A DNA stretch of 64,000 bases from Candidatus Hydrogenedentota bacterium. GTDB taxonomy: Bacteria; Hydrogenedentota; Hydrogenedentia; Hydrogenedentales; SLHB01. Made by a program: the position numbers and the translations under genes. Positions 10,185 through 18,972 of this stretch are shown here, one piece after another. The notes beneath the pieces are model-generated. The model did no database searches, was not told the origin of the DNA, and was given only the letters and a program-made list of their open reading frames with translations. The DNA lies in contig BTWA01000021.1 of the NCBI GenBank assembly GCA_045863295.1, positions 39,705 through 103,704 on the forward strand. Reading direction: 5' to 3'. Each line of letters starts with the position of its first letter. Position 1 is the stretch's first letter.

Positions 10185-11461
10185 ATATTGTGATCCCATT
10201 TGGAAGCCACGAGACGCTGCACGGCGTTCTTACGCATGGGACGTGTATCGGTACTCTCGATATTGCCGACGTTCCGGGAATTGCTGACCTGTCCTCTCGC
10301 ATGGACGAAGTATTTGCTTGCCCCATTGGTCAGCCGGATCCTGTCTTCAATCGATTTGGCCCTGGCGATACGGTGGCCATCACCGTGTCTGATCAGTTCA
10401 GGACGACCGGAGTCAATCAGATACTCCCCGCAGTGCTGGGGAAACTGAAAGAAACTGGCGTCGACGATGGCGACATTTGTTTCGTATTTGCCACGGGCAC
10501 ACACCGCCCTCCCACGGAACAGGAGCAGCGAACGATCCTGGGGCAGTCGGTCTATGAAGCGTTTCGCGGCCGCATTTGCAATCATAACCCGCACGACGAT
10601 TCGCAGCTTGTGCATATGGGAGTCACTTCACGCGGCACTGATGTCTGGCTCAACCGACAGGTTGTGACTCGATCACGCGTGATCGTCACAGGTGCATGTG
10701 TTCTTCACTACTTCGGTGGATACGGGGGCGGCCGTAAGGGCATCGTGCCTGGACTTGCCGGTGTGGGCACCATAGCCCATAATCACGCCATGAATCTGGA
10801 TCCCCATGACGATGCGGTTAATCCCGCTGTGGGCATCGGAAAGATGTCCGGCAATCCAGTAGCGGAGGATATGTTGGAAGCGGCGAAGTTGCTTCCGATC
10901 ACCTGTTTGATCAATACGGTCCTAAACCGTCAGGGACAAATTGCGGGGCTTTTCGCAGGCGATTTGGAATTGGCACACGCGCAGGCAGCGCACTTTGCGC
11001 GCAGCCTGTATGCGATTTCAATTCCGCGGAAGGCGGATTTGGTCATCGCGTCTTCTGGCGGTACGCGAAATTTTGTGCAATCCCACAAAGCGTTATACAA
11101 CGCTTACCAGGCCATGAAGCCGGGAGGCCGGATCGTCCTTGCCACGCAATGTCCGGAAGGATTGGGTGGAGAGCAATTTGTGAAATGGCTGCGTCTTGGA
11201 AGTCGATCACGAGTAATTGCGGGTCTTCGGCAACGAAGTGAGATTAATGGCCAGACCGCGCTGTCCACGCTGGAGAAGGCCCCTTCAACGTATTTTGTAA
11301 CGAACTTGTCCGAGCAGGATACTGCGTTGATGGGCGGTCCCAAAGCCTCCTCGCTGCAAGAGGCCATTGACAGGGCATGCGCCGATTTGGGTGCGAAAGA
11401 CATCACTTACTATGTGATGCCGTCCGCAGCATATACTGTTCCTTTCGTGGATGAGAATTGA
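10181..11461 (+). CDS. larA: Nickel-pincer-dependent lactate racemase family protein (LarA/DUF2088)
   Basis: VSDQFR, FATGTHR, HYFGGYGGGRKGIVPG, HNH, QSHKAL and CPEGLG motifs; GTG overlaps the upstream stop. Confidence 0.85.
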   Translation: MNIVIPFGSHETLHGVLTHGTCIGTLDIADVPGIADLSSRMDEVFACPIGQPDPVFNRFGPGDTVAITVSDQFRTTGVNQILPAVLGKLKETGVDDGDICFVFATGTHRPPTEQEQRTILGQSVYEAFRGRICNHNPHDDSQLVHMGVTSRGTDVWLNRQVVTRSRVIVTGACVLHYFGGYGGGRKGIVPGLAGVGTIAHNHAMNLDPHDDAVNPAVGIGKMSGNPVAEDMLEAAKLLPITCLINTVLNRQGQIAGLFAGDLELAHAQAAHFARSLYAISIPRKADLVIASSGGTRNFVQSHKALYNAYQAMKPGGRIVLATQCPEGLGGEQFVKWLRLGSRSRVIAGLRQRSEINGQTALSTLEKAPSTYFVTNLSEQDTALMGGPKASSLQEAIDRACADLGAKDITYYVMPSAAYTVPFVDEN

Positions 11462-11487
11462 CCGAATGCCGCTACGAGGAGCTGAAC

Positions 11488-12633
11488 ATGATTCGACCGC
11501 TACGATGGCCTGTGGTATCTATGGCGATTGCTGCAATGTGTACGCTTGACGGGCTGGCGCGGGCAGAGTCTCTGCGCATGTATATTGGAACGTACACCAA
11601 AGGCGGCAGCGACGGTATTTATACTCTCACCTTGAACAATTCGACGGGGGAACTCTCCGGTCCGGCACTTGCAGTTAATACCGAGAATCCGTCGTTTCTC
11701 GCGCAGCATCCATCAAAGGCCGTAGTCTATGCGGTGGGCGAAATGGTGGAGAATCCGGACGGACCCGGCGGAACGATCAGCGCATTTTCTGTGGATCCCA
11801 CTACCGGGATGCTCGTGTTGATTAACCGGCAATCAACAGTTGGAGACGGCCCTTGTCATGTGGCCGTGGCACCTTCCGGTAAACATGTAGCCGTGGCGAA
11901 CTATGGGGGCGGCAGCGTAACGCTGTTGCCCATTTCGGAGGACGGCAGCCTGCTTCCAAAATGCGGATTTATTCAGCACGAGGGTAAGAGCGTTCATCCC
12001 ACGCGCCAGGAAAAGCCCCACGCCCACTCCGTCACTTTTGACCCACTCGGACGATTTTTGTTTGCCGCCGACCTGGGCATTGACCGAATTTTGATCTACC
12101 GGTATGACGAATCAGGGAGCCTGCCTGCGAACTTACCGGCGTTTTCTGCCCTTGAGCCGGGTTCGGGCCCGAGACATGCGAAGTTCCATCCGTCCGGAAA
12201 GCATTTCTATGTGGTGAACGAACTTGCAAGTACGGTAACCGCATTCGTATATGACAACAGCGCAGGGTCTTTGACCCCGATTCAGACGATTTCAACGCTT
12301 CCGGACGGTTTTGGCGAATCCTCCACTACCGCGGAAATCCGGGTGCATCCGTCCGGGAAGTTTATTTACGCGTCCAATCGAGGTCACGACAGCATTGCTT
12401 CGTTTCAAATTGATGGCGATTCCGGCAAACTTACTGCGATTGGGCACACTCCAACCGAAGGCAATACACCGCGCAATTTCGCAATCGATCCATCTGGCCG
12501 CTTTCTGATTGCCGCGAATCAGAATAGCGACAGCATCGTGGTGTTTCGGATTGATGAGAACTCCGGCGTGCCCGAGCCTACTGGGCATACGGCATCCATC
12601 GTAGCGCCTGTGTGTGTGTTATTCCTTGAGTAA
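11488..12633 (+). CDS. pgl: 6-phosphogluconolactonase / lactonase beta-propeller with signal-like N-terminus
   Basis: YIGTYT, NPSFLA, VANYGGG, PHAHSV, DLGID, GSGPRH and YASNRGHDSI motifs. Confidence 0.9.
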   Translation: MIRPLRWPVVSMAIAAMCTLDGLARAESLRMYIGTYTKGGSDGIYTLTLNNSTGELSGPALAVNTENPSFLAQHPSKAVVYAVGEMVENPDGPGGTISAFSVDPTTGMLVLINRQSTVGDGPCHVAVAPSGKHVAVANYGGGSVTLLPISEDGSLLPKCGFIQHEGKSVHPTRQEKPHAHSVTFDPLGRFLFAADLGIDRILIYRYDESGSLPANLPAFSALEPGSGPRHAKFHPSGKHFYVVNELASTVTAFVYDNSAGSLTPIQTISTLPDGFGESSTTAEIRVHPSGKFIYASNRGHDSIASFQIDGDSGKLTAIGHTPTEGNTPRNFAIDPSGRFLIAANQNSDSIVVFRIDENSGVPEPTGHTASIVAPVCVLFLE

Positions 12634-13230
12634 GGCATTCACCCGTTCGCGGAGATCTTGAACTACTTCTGCTTCAAACCAGGGATTCTGCCGAATCCAT
12701 AAATTGTTGCGAAAAGATGGGTGCGGCAAGGGAATGTAACGCGGCGCATATTCTTGCCACGAGCGTACAGTTGCTGTCAACGTTGTCTTCGCCCGTTCGC
12801 CCAGGTAGTAGCGTTGGCTATATTGCCCGACGAGGATAAGCAGTTCCACATTCGGCAGGTGCTCCCACAATTGGTCGAACCAGAGATGTGCACACTCCGT
12901 GCGCGGCGGCAAATCGCCTCCACGCGGATTTCGTCCGGGGTAACACAGTCCCATCGGCAGAATGGCAATGCGCGTTTCGTCGTAAAATGTTTCGCGATTG
13001 ACACCCATCCACATTCGTAAACGATCGCCGCTGGGATCGTTCCACGGAATTCCGGTGGCATGGACTTTCGTTCCCGGCGCTTGACCGGCGATTAGCAAAC
13101 GGGCCGATGAGCGCACTCGCAACACGGGCCGAGGCCCGAGCGGCAAGTCCATTTCGCAAGCGCGACATGCGCGCACTTGTTGCAGCAGGCTATCCAGTTT
13201 GCTCGGCTTCTTTTGGCAATTGCTGTTCAT
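12619..13230 (-). CDS. Uracil-DNA glycosylase superfamily protein
   Basis: CRAC, AGQAPG, PWNDPSGDRLRMW, CYPG and LPHPSFRN motifs. Confidence 0.9.
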   Translation of the reverse strand: MNSNCQKKPSKLDSLLQQVRACRACEMDLPLGPRPVLRVRSSARLLIAGQAPGTKVHATGIPWNDPSGDRLRMWMGVNRETFYDETRIAILPMGLCYPGRNPRGGDLPPRTECAHLWFDQLWEHLPNVELLILVGQYSQRYYLGERAKTTLTATVRSWQEYAPRYIPLPHPSFRNNLWIRQNPWFEAEVVQDLRERVNALLKE

Positions 13231-13315
13231 CTACGTATGGTAAGTTGAGTGATGCCTTGTCGCAACCGGGGAACAAACGTAGAATAGAGCCGCTGCACCA
13301 TCTAGGGAAACTACA

Positions 13316-13816
13316 ATGCCGCTGGAAGTTGCCAATTTCGTGTATGAACATTTACGAGGACCGATCTTCGGTTGGTTCTCGCAGAATGGATTAACCACGC
13401 TGCGCCTGCCGCATTCGGACCAGCCTCCCCGACGTATACCGCTGTTGCATTCGTGGAAGAATGACCAACGAACTCGAGCACTCAACACTGCTCTCGAACG
13501 CTACTTTGCCGGCCTAAGAGAGGATTTTGAATCGATTCCGCTCGATTTGGAGGCAACCACACCATTTCAACAACGCGTTTATAGCGAAGCACAATCCATA
13601 AAATGGGGAGCTACAAGCACATATGGCGGCCTTTGTGACCGGATGGGCCTCGACAATACCAGCGCCCGAGCGGTCGGTACCGCGTTGGGCGCCAACCCGG
13701 TGGCGATCCTTGTGCCATGCCACCGCTTTCTGTCGTCCACCGGGAAGCTGACCGGATTTGCCGCCGGCCTTGCTTGGAAGGAGGAATTGCTGAGGTTGGA
13801 AGGGGCTCTAATTTGA
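13316..13816 (+). CDS. ogt: Methylated-DNA--protein-cysteine methyltransferase
   Basis: TPFQQRV, RAVGTALGANP and the active-site PCHR. Confidence 0.92.
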   Translation: MPLEVANFVYEHLRGPIFGWFSQNGLTTLRLPHSDQPPRRIPLLHSWKNDQRTRALNTALERYFAGLREDFESIPLDLEATTPFQQRVYSEAQSIKWGATSTYGGLCDRMGLDNTSARAVGTALGANPVAILVPCHRFLSSTGKLTGFAAGLAWKEELLRLEGALI

Positions 13817-13869
13817 TTCCCTGATTTCACGTCAGAATCGGGGTGACTTGCCGCGCTTCGACCTTTCTG

Positions 13870-13908
13870 TTGACAGACACCCCAAAAAGATACATACTAG
13901 TTGGTATG
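13870..13908 (+). promoter_or_regulatory. sigma70 promoter of tetR with overlapping palindromic operator
   Basis: TTGACA 13870-13875, 17 bp, CATACT 13893-13898; CATAC-N6-GTATG 13893-13908 includes the ATG. Confidence 0.75.
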
Positions 13909-14508
13909 GCCAATCATGGAACCAATGATTCTTCCCGGCAAGCACTGCTGGAAGCCGCCTTTCACGAGTTTTGGACTCGAGGCTATAACGGTACGCGCGT
14001 GGACGAAATCGTCGAGCAGACCGCGTTCACCAAAGGGGCCTTCTATCACCATTTCCCCTCCAAGAAAGCGCTTGTTTGCGCTGTAATCCGTGAAATCATT
14101 GGGGCAATGCTTGACGAACGATGGTTAAGGCCTTTGCGCGATGCGCCTAACCCAGTTGCCGCAATTGCTCAGTGCCTCGATGCAGTGCGCTGTGACGGAC
14201 CGGAAGGCGTTCGCAATGGCTGCCCACTGAACAACCTTGCCCAGGAGTTGTCGGGCTCGGACGACGAGATTCGCCTTTTGGCGCAAGAATACTTTGAAAA
14301 ATGGATAAACGGTTTCACCGAGGCCATCAAAGAAAGCCAAACGCATGGACAGATTCGCCCGGATGTCGATCCGCGCCTGTTGGCAACGACTATAGTTGCC
14401 GGTTACGAGGGCGGCGTATCGCTCGCCAAGGCGGCCCGCAGTGCGATGCCTCTGAATACGGTGCTCGATGGGCTAATTCGGCAGTTGAACGAATTGCGGA
14501 TAACGTAG
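13906..14508 (+). CDS. TetR/AcrR family transcriptional regulator
   Basis: HTH GYNGTRVDEIVEQTAFTKGAFYHHFPSK; GCPLNNL in the C-terminal domain. Confidence 0.93.
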   Translation: MANHGTNDSSRQALLEAAFHEFWTRGYNGTRVDEIVEQTAFTKGAFYHHFPSKKALVCAVIREIIGAMLDERWLRPLRDAPNPVAAIAQCLDAVRCDGPEGVRNGCPLNNLAQELSGSDDEIRLLAQEYFEKWINGFTEAIKESQTHGQIRPDVDPRLLATTIVAGYEGGVSLAKAARSAMPLNTVLDGLIRQLNELRIT

Positions 14509-14557
14509 TCCCGGCGATATAGGCGGAACCATAACAACAGCAGGAGGTGCCCCCCAG

Positions 14558-15289
14558 ATGATGCCCCATACTGTCGTTTCACAGGCTGAATGGCTAGTAG
14601 CACGCAAAGCGCTTCTGGTGAAAGAAAAGGAACTTACGCGGCTTCGCGATGACCTTTGCCGCCAGCGCAGGGAATTGCCCTGGGTCAAAGTGGAAAAGGA
14701 GTATGTATTTGAGGGTCCGAGTGGGCCGGAGTCATTGGCGCAACTGTTTGGAGCAAACGATCAACTCATAGTATATCACTTCATGTACGCGCCGGGCTGG
14801 AACGAAGGTTGCCCCGGTTGCTCGTTTCTATCCGATCACGTGGACGGGGCAAACTGGCACATACCGCATGGCGGCGCCACGTTTACGGCGATTTCTCGGG
14901 CGCCGTATGCGGAGTTCGCGCCCTTCAAGAAGCGCATGGGCTGGAAGTTCCATTGGGTTTCCTCGCACGGCAACAGCTTTAATTTCGACTATAACGTCTC
15001 TTTCACTGACGAAAGCCTTGCGTTGGGTACCGCTTACTACAACTATGAACCTTTGCCGGAAAAGAAGCCGGGCGAATGCCCGGGTGTCAGTGTATTCTTC
15101 AAAGACACCGACGGCGCGATCTACCACACGTATTCGAGTTACGGACGCGGGCCCGAGGAGTTGATCGGCGCATTCATGTTTCTCGACTTGGTACCCCGGG
15201 GTCGAAACGAAGCAACAATCATGGATTGGGTGCGGTTTCACGACCGGTACGACACTTCGCCCGTGGAGACGCCTTGTTGTGCCCACTGA
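14558..15289 (+). CDS. DUF899 thioredoxin-like protein
   Basis: EWLVARKALLVKEKELTR, RRELPWV, LIVYHFM, CPGCSF and YHTYSSYGRG motifs. Confidence 0.9.
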   Translation: MMPHTVVSQAEWLVARKALLVKEKELTRLRDDLCRQRRELPWVKVEKEYVFEGPSGPESLAQLFGANDQLIVYHFMYAPGWNEGCPGCSFLSDHVDGANWHIPHGGATFTAISRAPYAEFAPFKKRMGWKFHWVSSHGNSFNFDYNVSFTDESLALGTAYYNYEPLPEKKPGECPGVSVFFKDTDGAIYHTYSSYGRGPEELIGAFMFLDLVPRGRNEATIMDWVRFHDRYDTSPVETPCCAH

Positions 15290-15325
15290 ACCACCTCCCC
15301 GCAAACAGGCATGAGGACATGTTTC

Positions 15326-15811
15326 ATGAGCCACGAAAGAGTCATTTCCATGAAAGAGCCTAAACTCGTTGACAAGCGCGCGATGACGGTTGCAGGGTAT
15401 AGTGACCGGTATACTCAAGAAACTTCTACTTGCATACCGGCCCTGTGGGCTCGATTCGGCGCAAACTACATGCGCGTTCCGCATGCCGTGTATGGCCCAG
15501 CTTACGGTGTATGTTTCAACATGGACGCGGCATGCAGCTTCGACTACATCGCTGGAACAGAAGTCTCCTCAACTGAAAGTCTGCCGTCCGAGTTCACGAG
15601 CATCCAATTGCCCCCGACACGGTACGCCATTTTTAGCCAACAAGAAAATATAGCCGCGATCAAGGACATTTTCTGTGCAATCTACAAGGAGTGGATCCCG
15701 GGATCGGGATTGGTAGCCGCCGACGCACCACAAGTGGAATGTTATGGGTTGACGTTCGACCCTGCGACGGGAGACGGCGGGTTTGAGATATGGATTCCTG
15801 TTCAATCATGA
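15326..15811 (+). CDS. GyrI-like small-molecule-binding (AraC effector) domain protein
   Basis: IPALWARF, FDYIAGTEV and FDPATGDGGFEIWIPV. Start uncertain (15311-15350). Confidence 0.85.
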   Translation: MSHERVISMKEPKLVDKRAMTVAGYSDRYTQETSTCIPALWARFGANYMRVPHAVYGPAYGVCFNMDAACSFDYIAGTEVSSTESLPSEFTSIQLPPTRYAIFSQQENIAAIKDIFCAIYKEWIPGSGLVAADAPQVECYGLTFDPATGDGGFEIWIPVQS

Positions 15812-16101
15812 CCGGGCATGGCTGTGACTGCCAGACATCGCAATACGCGGGCTGGGCAAGGGCATTTGCCCATTGGGCAGGATGGGTTATGCCAAGCAGC
15901 ATTCTGGTACTAATGCCCAAATGTCCGGCGTGTTTTGCAGGCTATATTGCCATCGCCACCGGGCTTGGCGTTTCCATGTCCGTTGCGGCCCAACTCCGGG
16001 CCGCGTTGATCGGGATCAGCATTGCGGCTCTTTTGATAGCACTTGCTTACGGGCTTAACCAGGTTCTAGTTTGGTGGGATAGCCGGCGCGCGAACCCGTG
16101 A
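15808..16101 (+). CDS. Small membrane protein with PKCPAC motif
   Basis: Two hydrophobic segments and MPKCPACFAGY; ATGA overlap with the upstream gene. Confidence 0.7.
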   Translation: MTGHGCDCQTSQYAGWARAFAHWAGWVMPSSILVLMPKCPACFAGYIAIATGLGVSMSVAAQLRAALIGISIAALLIALAYGLNQVLVWWDSRRANP

Positions 16102-16161
16102 CACAGAACCCTGTGGCCCCTCGTTGGACTCGTCAGCTGTCCGAATGGGGTGTACTGACGT

Positions 16162-16533
16162 ATGAGCGCCGATCCGCTCAGGGTCCCGTTTGCCGCGCTT
16201 GCCGATCAGACGTGTCTGGCAATTCGGATCCAATTGCCTTGCGGCGTGGCTTCTGCCTTGGAATTGGCGGTGCTGGCCGATTCGAGGCCGTTAACTGTGT
16301 TGTGGAAGGCGGGATTGATATCACGCAGGAAGACCGCCCAACGGCCACCCTGCTGTCTAAAGACAGGGCTGCTGCGCGACACATTTGAATGTGTGGAGGA
16401 GTACAGGCATTTTTGGGAGTGTGTCCAGACCGCTTCAAGTAAACGCGAAGCGACATCCAGACCGGTTGAAGTAGTTCTGGGATACGTCGGAAATTATCCT
16501 ATCCCAAATTGCCTGACGATTGGAATACATTAG
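16162..16533 (+). pseudogene. Degenerate ArsR/SmtB-family regulator
   Basis: FAALADQT...AGLISR..AQ..PC.L...YRHFWE matches ArsR, but the recognition helix appears deleted and the expected DR continuation lies in another frame. Confidence 0.6.
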
Positions 16534-16560
16534 TCACTAAAAACTGCAAAGGAAGCCCCC

Positions 16561-16965
16561 ATGATCATTCAACCCTATGTAATGTTTGACGGCCGAGCGG
16601 ACGAAGCGTTTGCATTCTATGCGGAGACGCTCGGTGCAAAGGTGAACTTCCTAATGCGGTTCAAGGAATGTCCTGATCAATCCTGTATGCCTGAAGGCAC
16701 GGAAGAGAAAGTGATGCACGCTGAATTGCAGATCGGTGAATCCGTCGTTATGGCTTCTGACGGCAACTGCGAGGGCAAGCCGTCGTTTCAAGGTATCTCG
16801 CTCTCGATTTTGGTGAAGGATCTCTCCGAGGGGGAACGAATCTTTGGTGCATTGTCAAATGGAGGACAAGTGCAAATGCCTTTTGGGAAGACGTTCTTTT
16901 CACCGGGATTCGGCATGGCGGCGGACAAGTTCGGCGTGTCGTGGATGGTTGTCGTACAACAATAA
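16561..16965 (+). CDS. VOC/PhnB-family protein
   Basis: QPYVMFDG, VMHAELQIG and KTFFSPGFGMAADKFGVSWM motifs. Confidence 0.9.
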   Translation: MIIQPYVMFDGRADEAFAFYAETLGAKVNFLMRFKECPDQSCMPEGTEEKVMHAELQIGESVVMASDGNCEGKPSFQGISLSILVKDLSEGERIFGALSNGGQVQMPFGKTFFSPGFGMAADKFGVSWMVVVQQ

Positions 16966-17013
16966 GCCTTGATCCTATTCTACGTCATTCAAAAACTTAC
17001 ATGGAGACCCGCG

Positions 17014-17556
17014 ATGAGAATCGTTTTGATTGGAGTTGGCCTCGTGGCAGCGTTGGTCGTGACACTTGCAGTCGTGATTGCGACTCGGCCTTCCGAGATT
17101 CATATTGAACGGTCTACCACCATGGCGGCATCCCCGGAGGCTATATTCGAACAGATTAGCAACTTTCACAACTGGGCGGCATGGTCGCCCTGGGACAAAA
17201 TTGACCCTGCATTGGAGCGTACGTACGCCGGCGCAGAATCCGGTGAAGGAGCGACTTATGCATGGAAAGGGAATAGCCAGGTAGGCGAAGGCAAAATGAC
17301 GATTGTTGAAAGCAAGCCCAATGAGTCGATCAAGATTAAGCTTGAGTTTTTCAAGCCCATGGCCGGTGTCAGTGAATCGGGGTTTATTTTGAAGCCGGAA
17401 GGCGACCAGACGAACGTAACCTGGACGTACGACGGTACGAACAACTTTATTGCAAAGGCAATCGGCCTGTTCATGAGCATGGATTCAATGATCGGCGGCA
17501 GCTACGAGCAAGGTCTGGCGGAGATGAAGAGAATTGTGGAGGCCAAACCCCAATAG
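17014..17556 (+). CDS. SRPBCC (polyketide cyclase-like) protein with N-terminal TM
   Basis: HIERS, WAAWSPW, YAWKGN and MDSMIGGSYEQGL motifs. Confidence 0.88.
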   Translation: MRIVLIGVGLVAALVVTLAVVIATRPSEIHIERSTTMAASPEAIFEQISNFHNWAAWSPWDKIDPALERTYAGAESGEGATYAWKGNSQVGEGKMTIVESKPNESIKIKLEFFKPMAGVSESGFILKPEGDQTNVTWTYDGTNNFIAKAIGLFMSMDSMIGGSYEQGLAEMKRIVEAKPQ

Positions 17557-17625
17557 CCGTAGTCCCGTTTGTGTAACTCACGGGTTTTTAACTTCACACC
17601 AGTCGAGTAACCGGAGCAAACTTGC

Positions 17626-18033
17626 ATGGAAACGAGACCATCAGCCGCACCGCTGTCCAGAAAGGTAATTTGGGCGGGCCGCATCCTGAGTGCACTGCCT
17701 GCCTTGTTGCTGCTATTCAGTGCCGTGATGAAAATTGCGCAACCCCCGGGATTCCTGGAGGGTTTTGCGAAGGCAGGCTTTCCAGAACATCTTGCAAGAC
17801 CTATCGGCGTCGTGGAATTGGGATGTGTCATTATATATCTCATTCCACGTACGCAGGTGCTGGGGGCAATTTTGATTACGGCATACATGGGCGGAGCCGT
17901 AGTGACACACGTACGATTGGGCGAGGCCTTCATAATACAGATACTCGTCGGTGTCCTGGCGTGGGGCGGGCTGTTCCTTCGAGACCGGCGCATACGATCG
18001 TTGATTCCGGTGGTGGAGAAGAACATTGGCTAA
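17626..18033 (+). CDS. DoxX-family membrane protein
   Basis: YLIPRTQVLGAILITAYMGGAVVTHVR. Confidence 0.88.
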   Translation: METRPSAAPLSRKVIWAGRILSALPALLLLFSAVMKIAQPPGFLEGFAKAGFPEHLARPIGVVELGCVIIYLIPRTQVLGAILITAYMGGAVVTHVRLGEAFIIQILVGVLAWGGLFLRDRRIRSLIPVVEKNIG

Positions 18034-18040
18034 ACCGGCA

Positions 18041-18070
18041 TGTCGAATCCCCTGAACCGGATTCGACCAT
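18041..18070 (+). promoter_or_regulatory. Putative ECF42-type promoter
   Basis: TGTCGA-17 bp-CGAC; same layout as 20228-20257. Confidence 0.65.
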
Positions 18071-18146
18071 GGGTGAGCAAACGGGAGCGGAGCTAATATC
18101 TTCGCAAACAACAGCCCCGTTACTACCACCATTGGGAGGATACAGC

Positions 18147-18578
18147 ATGAGATTCATGGTTATGGTGAAAGCGGATAAGAATAGCGAAGCCGGAGTCATG
18201 CCGGATGAGAAGTTGCTGGCGGAAATGGGAAAATTCAATGAGGAACTCGTCAGTGCAGGAGTGATGCTGGCTGGCGAGGGATTGCATCCCAGTTCCAAAG
18301 GGGTTCGGGTGCTGTTTGACGGCGCGAAGCGAAGCGTGATCGACGGCCCCTTTACCGAAACCAAGGATCTTGTGGCGGGCTTCTGGATCTGGAAGACTGA
18401 TTCCCTTCAAGAGGCCATAGAGTGGGTCAAGCGCTGCCCGAATCCGACGGGAGTGAAGTCCGAGATCGAGATCCGGCAGGTGTTTGAGGCGGAGGATTTC
18501 GGCGACGAGTTTACGCCTGAACTCCGGGAACAGGAAGAACGCCTGCGTGAAAGAATCGAGGCACAGACACGTTCGTAA
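18147..18578 (+). CDS. YciI/DGPF-family protein
   Basis: MRFMVMVKA, GEGLHPSSKG and IDGPFTETKDLVAGFW; GGAGG before ATG 18147. Confidence 0.9.
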   Translation: MRFMVMVKADKNSEAGVMPDEKLLAEMGKFNEELVSAGVMLAGEGLHPSSKGVRVLFDGAKRSVIDGPFTETKDLVAGFWIWKTDSLQEAIEWVKRCPNPTGVKSEIEIRQVFEAEDFGDEFTPELREQEERLRERIEAQTRS

Positions 18579-18607
18579 TCCGAGAACATGGCAAAAGGAG
18601 CCCCCCA

Positions 18608-18964
18608 ATGAAATACGTCGATGGTTACATCCTGCCCGTAACGGCAAAAAATGTGGATGCTTACCGGAAAATTGCCCGCATGGCGGGAAAGATATGGATG
18701 GAACACGGCGCACTGCAGTATTGCGAGTCCGCAGGCGACGATTTGTACCCTAAAAAACTGGTCGCCTTCCCCAAGATGACGAAGCTGAAAAAAGGTGAAA
18801 CCGTCATCTTTGCATGGATTGTGTTCAAATCGAAATCCCACCGGGATAAAGTCAATGCCAAGGTTATGAAAGACCCCCGTATGAACAAGGTGGATCCTAA
18901 CACCATGCCCTTTGATTGGCGGCGAATAGCGTTTGGCGGATTCAATGTGATTGTCGACTTCTGA
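18608..18964 (+). CDS. DUF1428-family protein
   Basis: MKYVDGY...WMEHGAL..MPFDWRRIAFGGF. Confidence 0.88.
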   Translation: MKYVDGYILPVTAKNVDAYRKIARMAGKIWMEHGALQYCESAGDDLYPKKLVAFPKMTKLKKGETVIFAWIVFKSKSHRDKVNAKVMKDPRMNKVDPNTMPFDWRRIAFGGFNVIVDF

Positions 18965-18972
18965 CTCTCTCC

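Noticed and set aside
17622..18146. N-terminal extension of the YciI ORF (apparent fusion)
   Set aside because: Overlaps the DoxX gene in another frame; a good SD and ATG exist at 18147.
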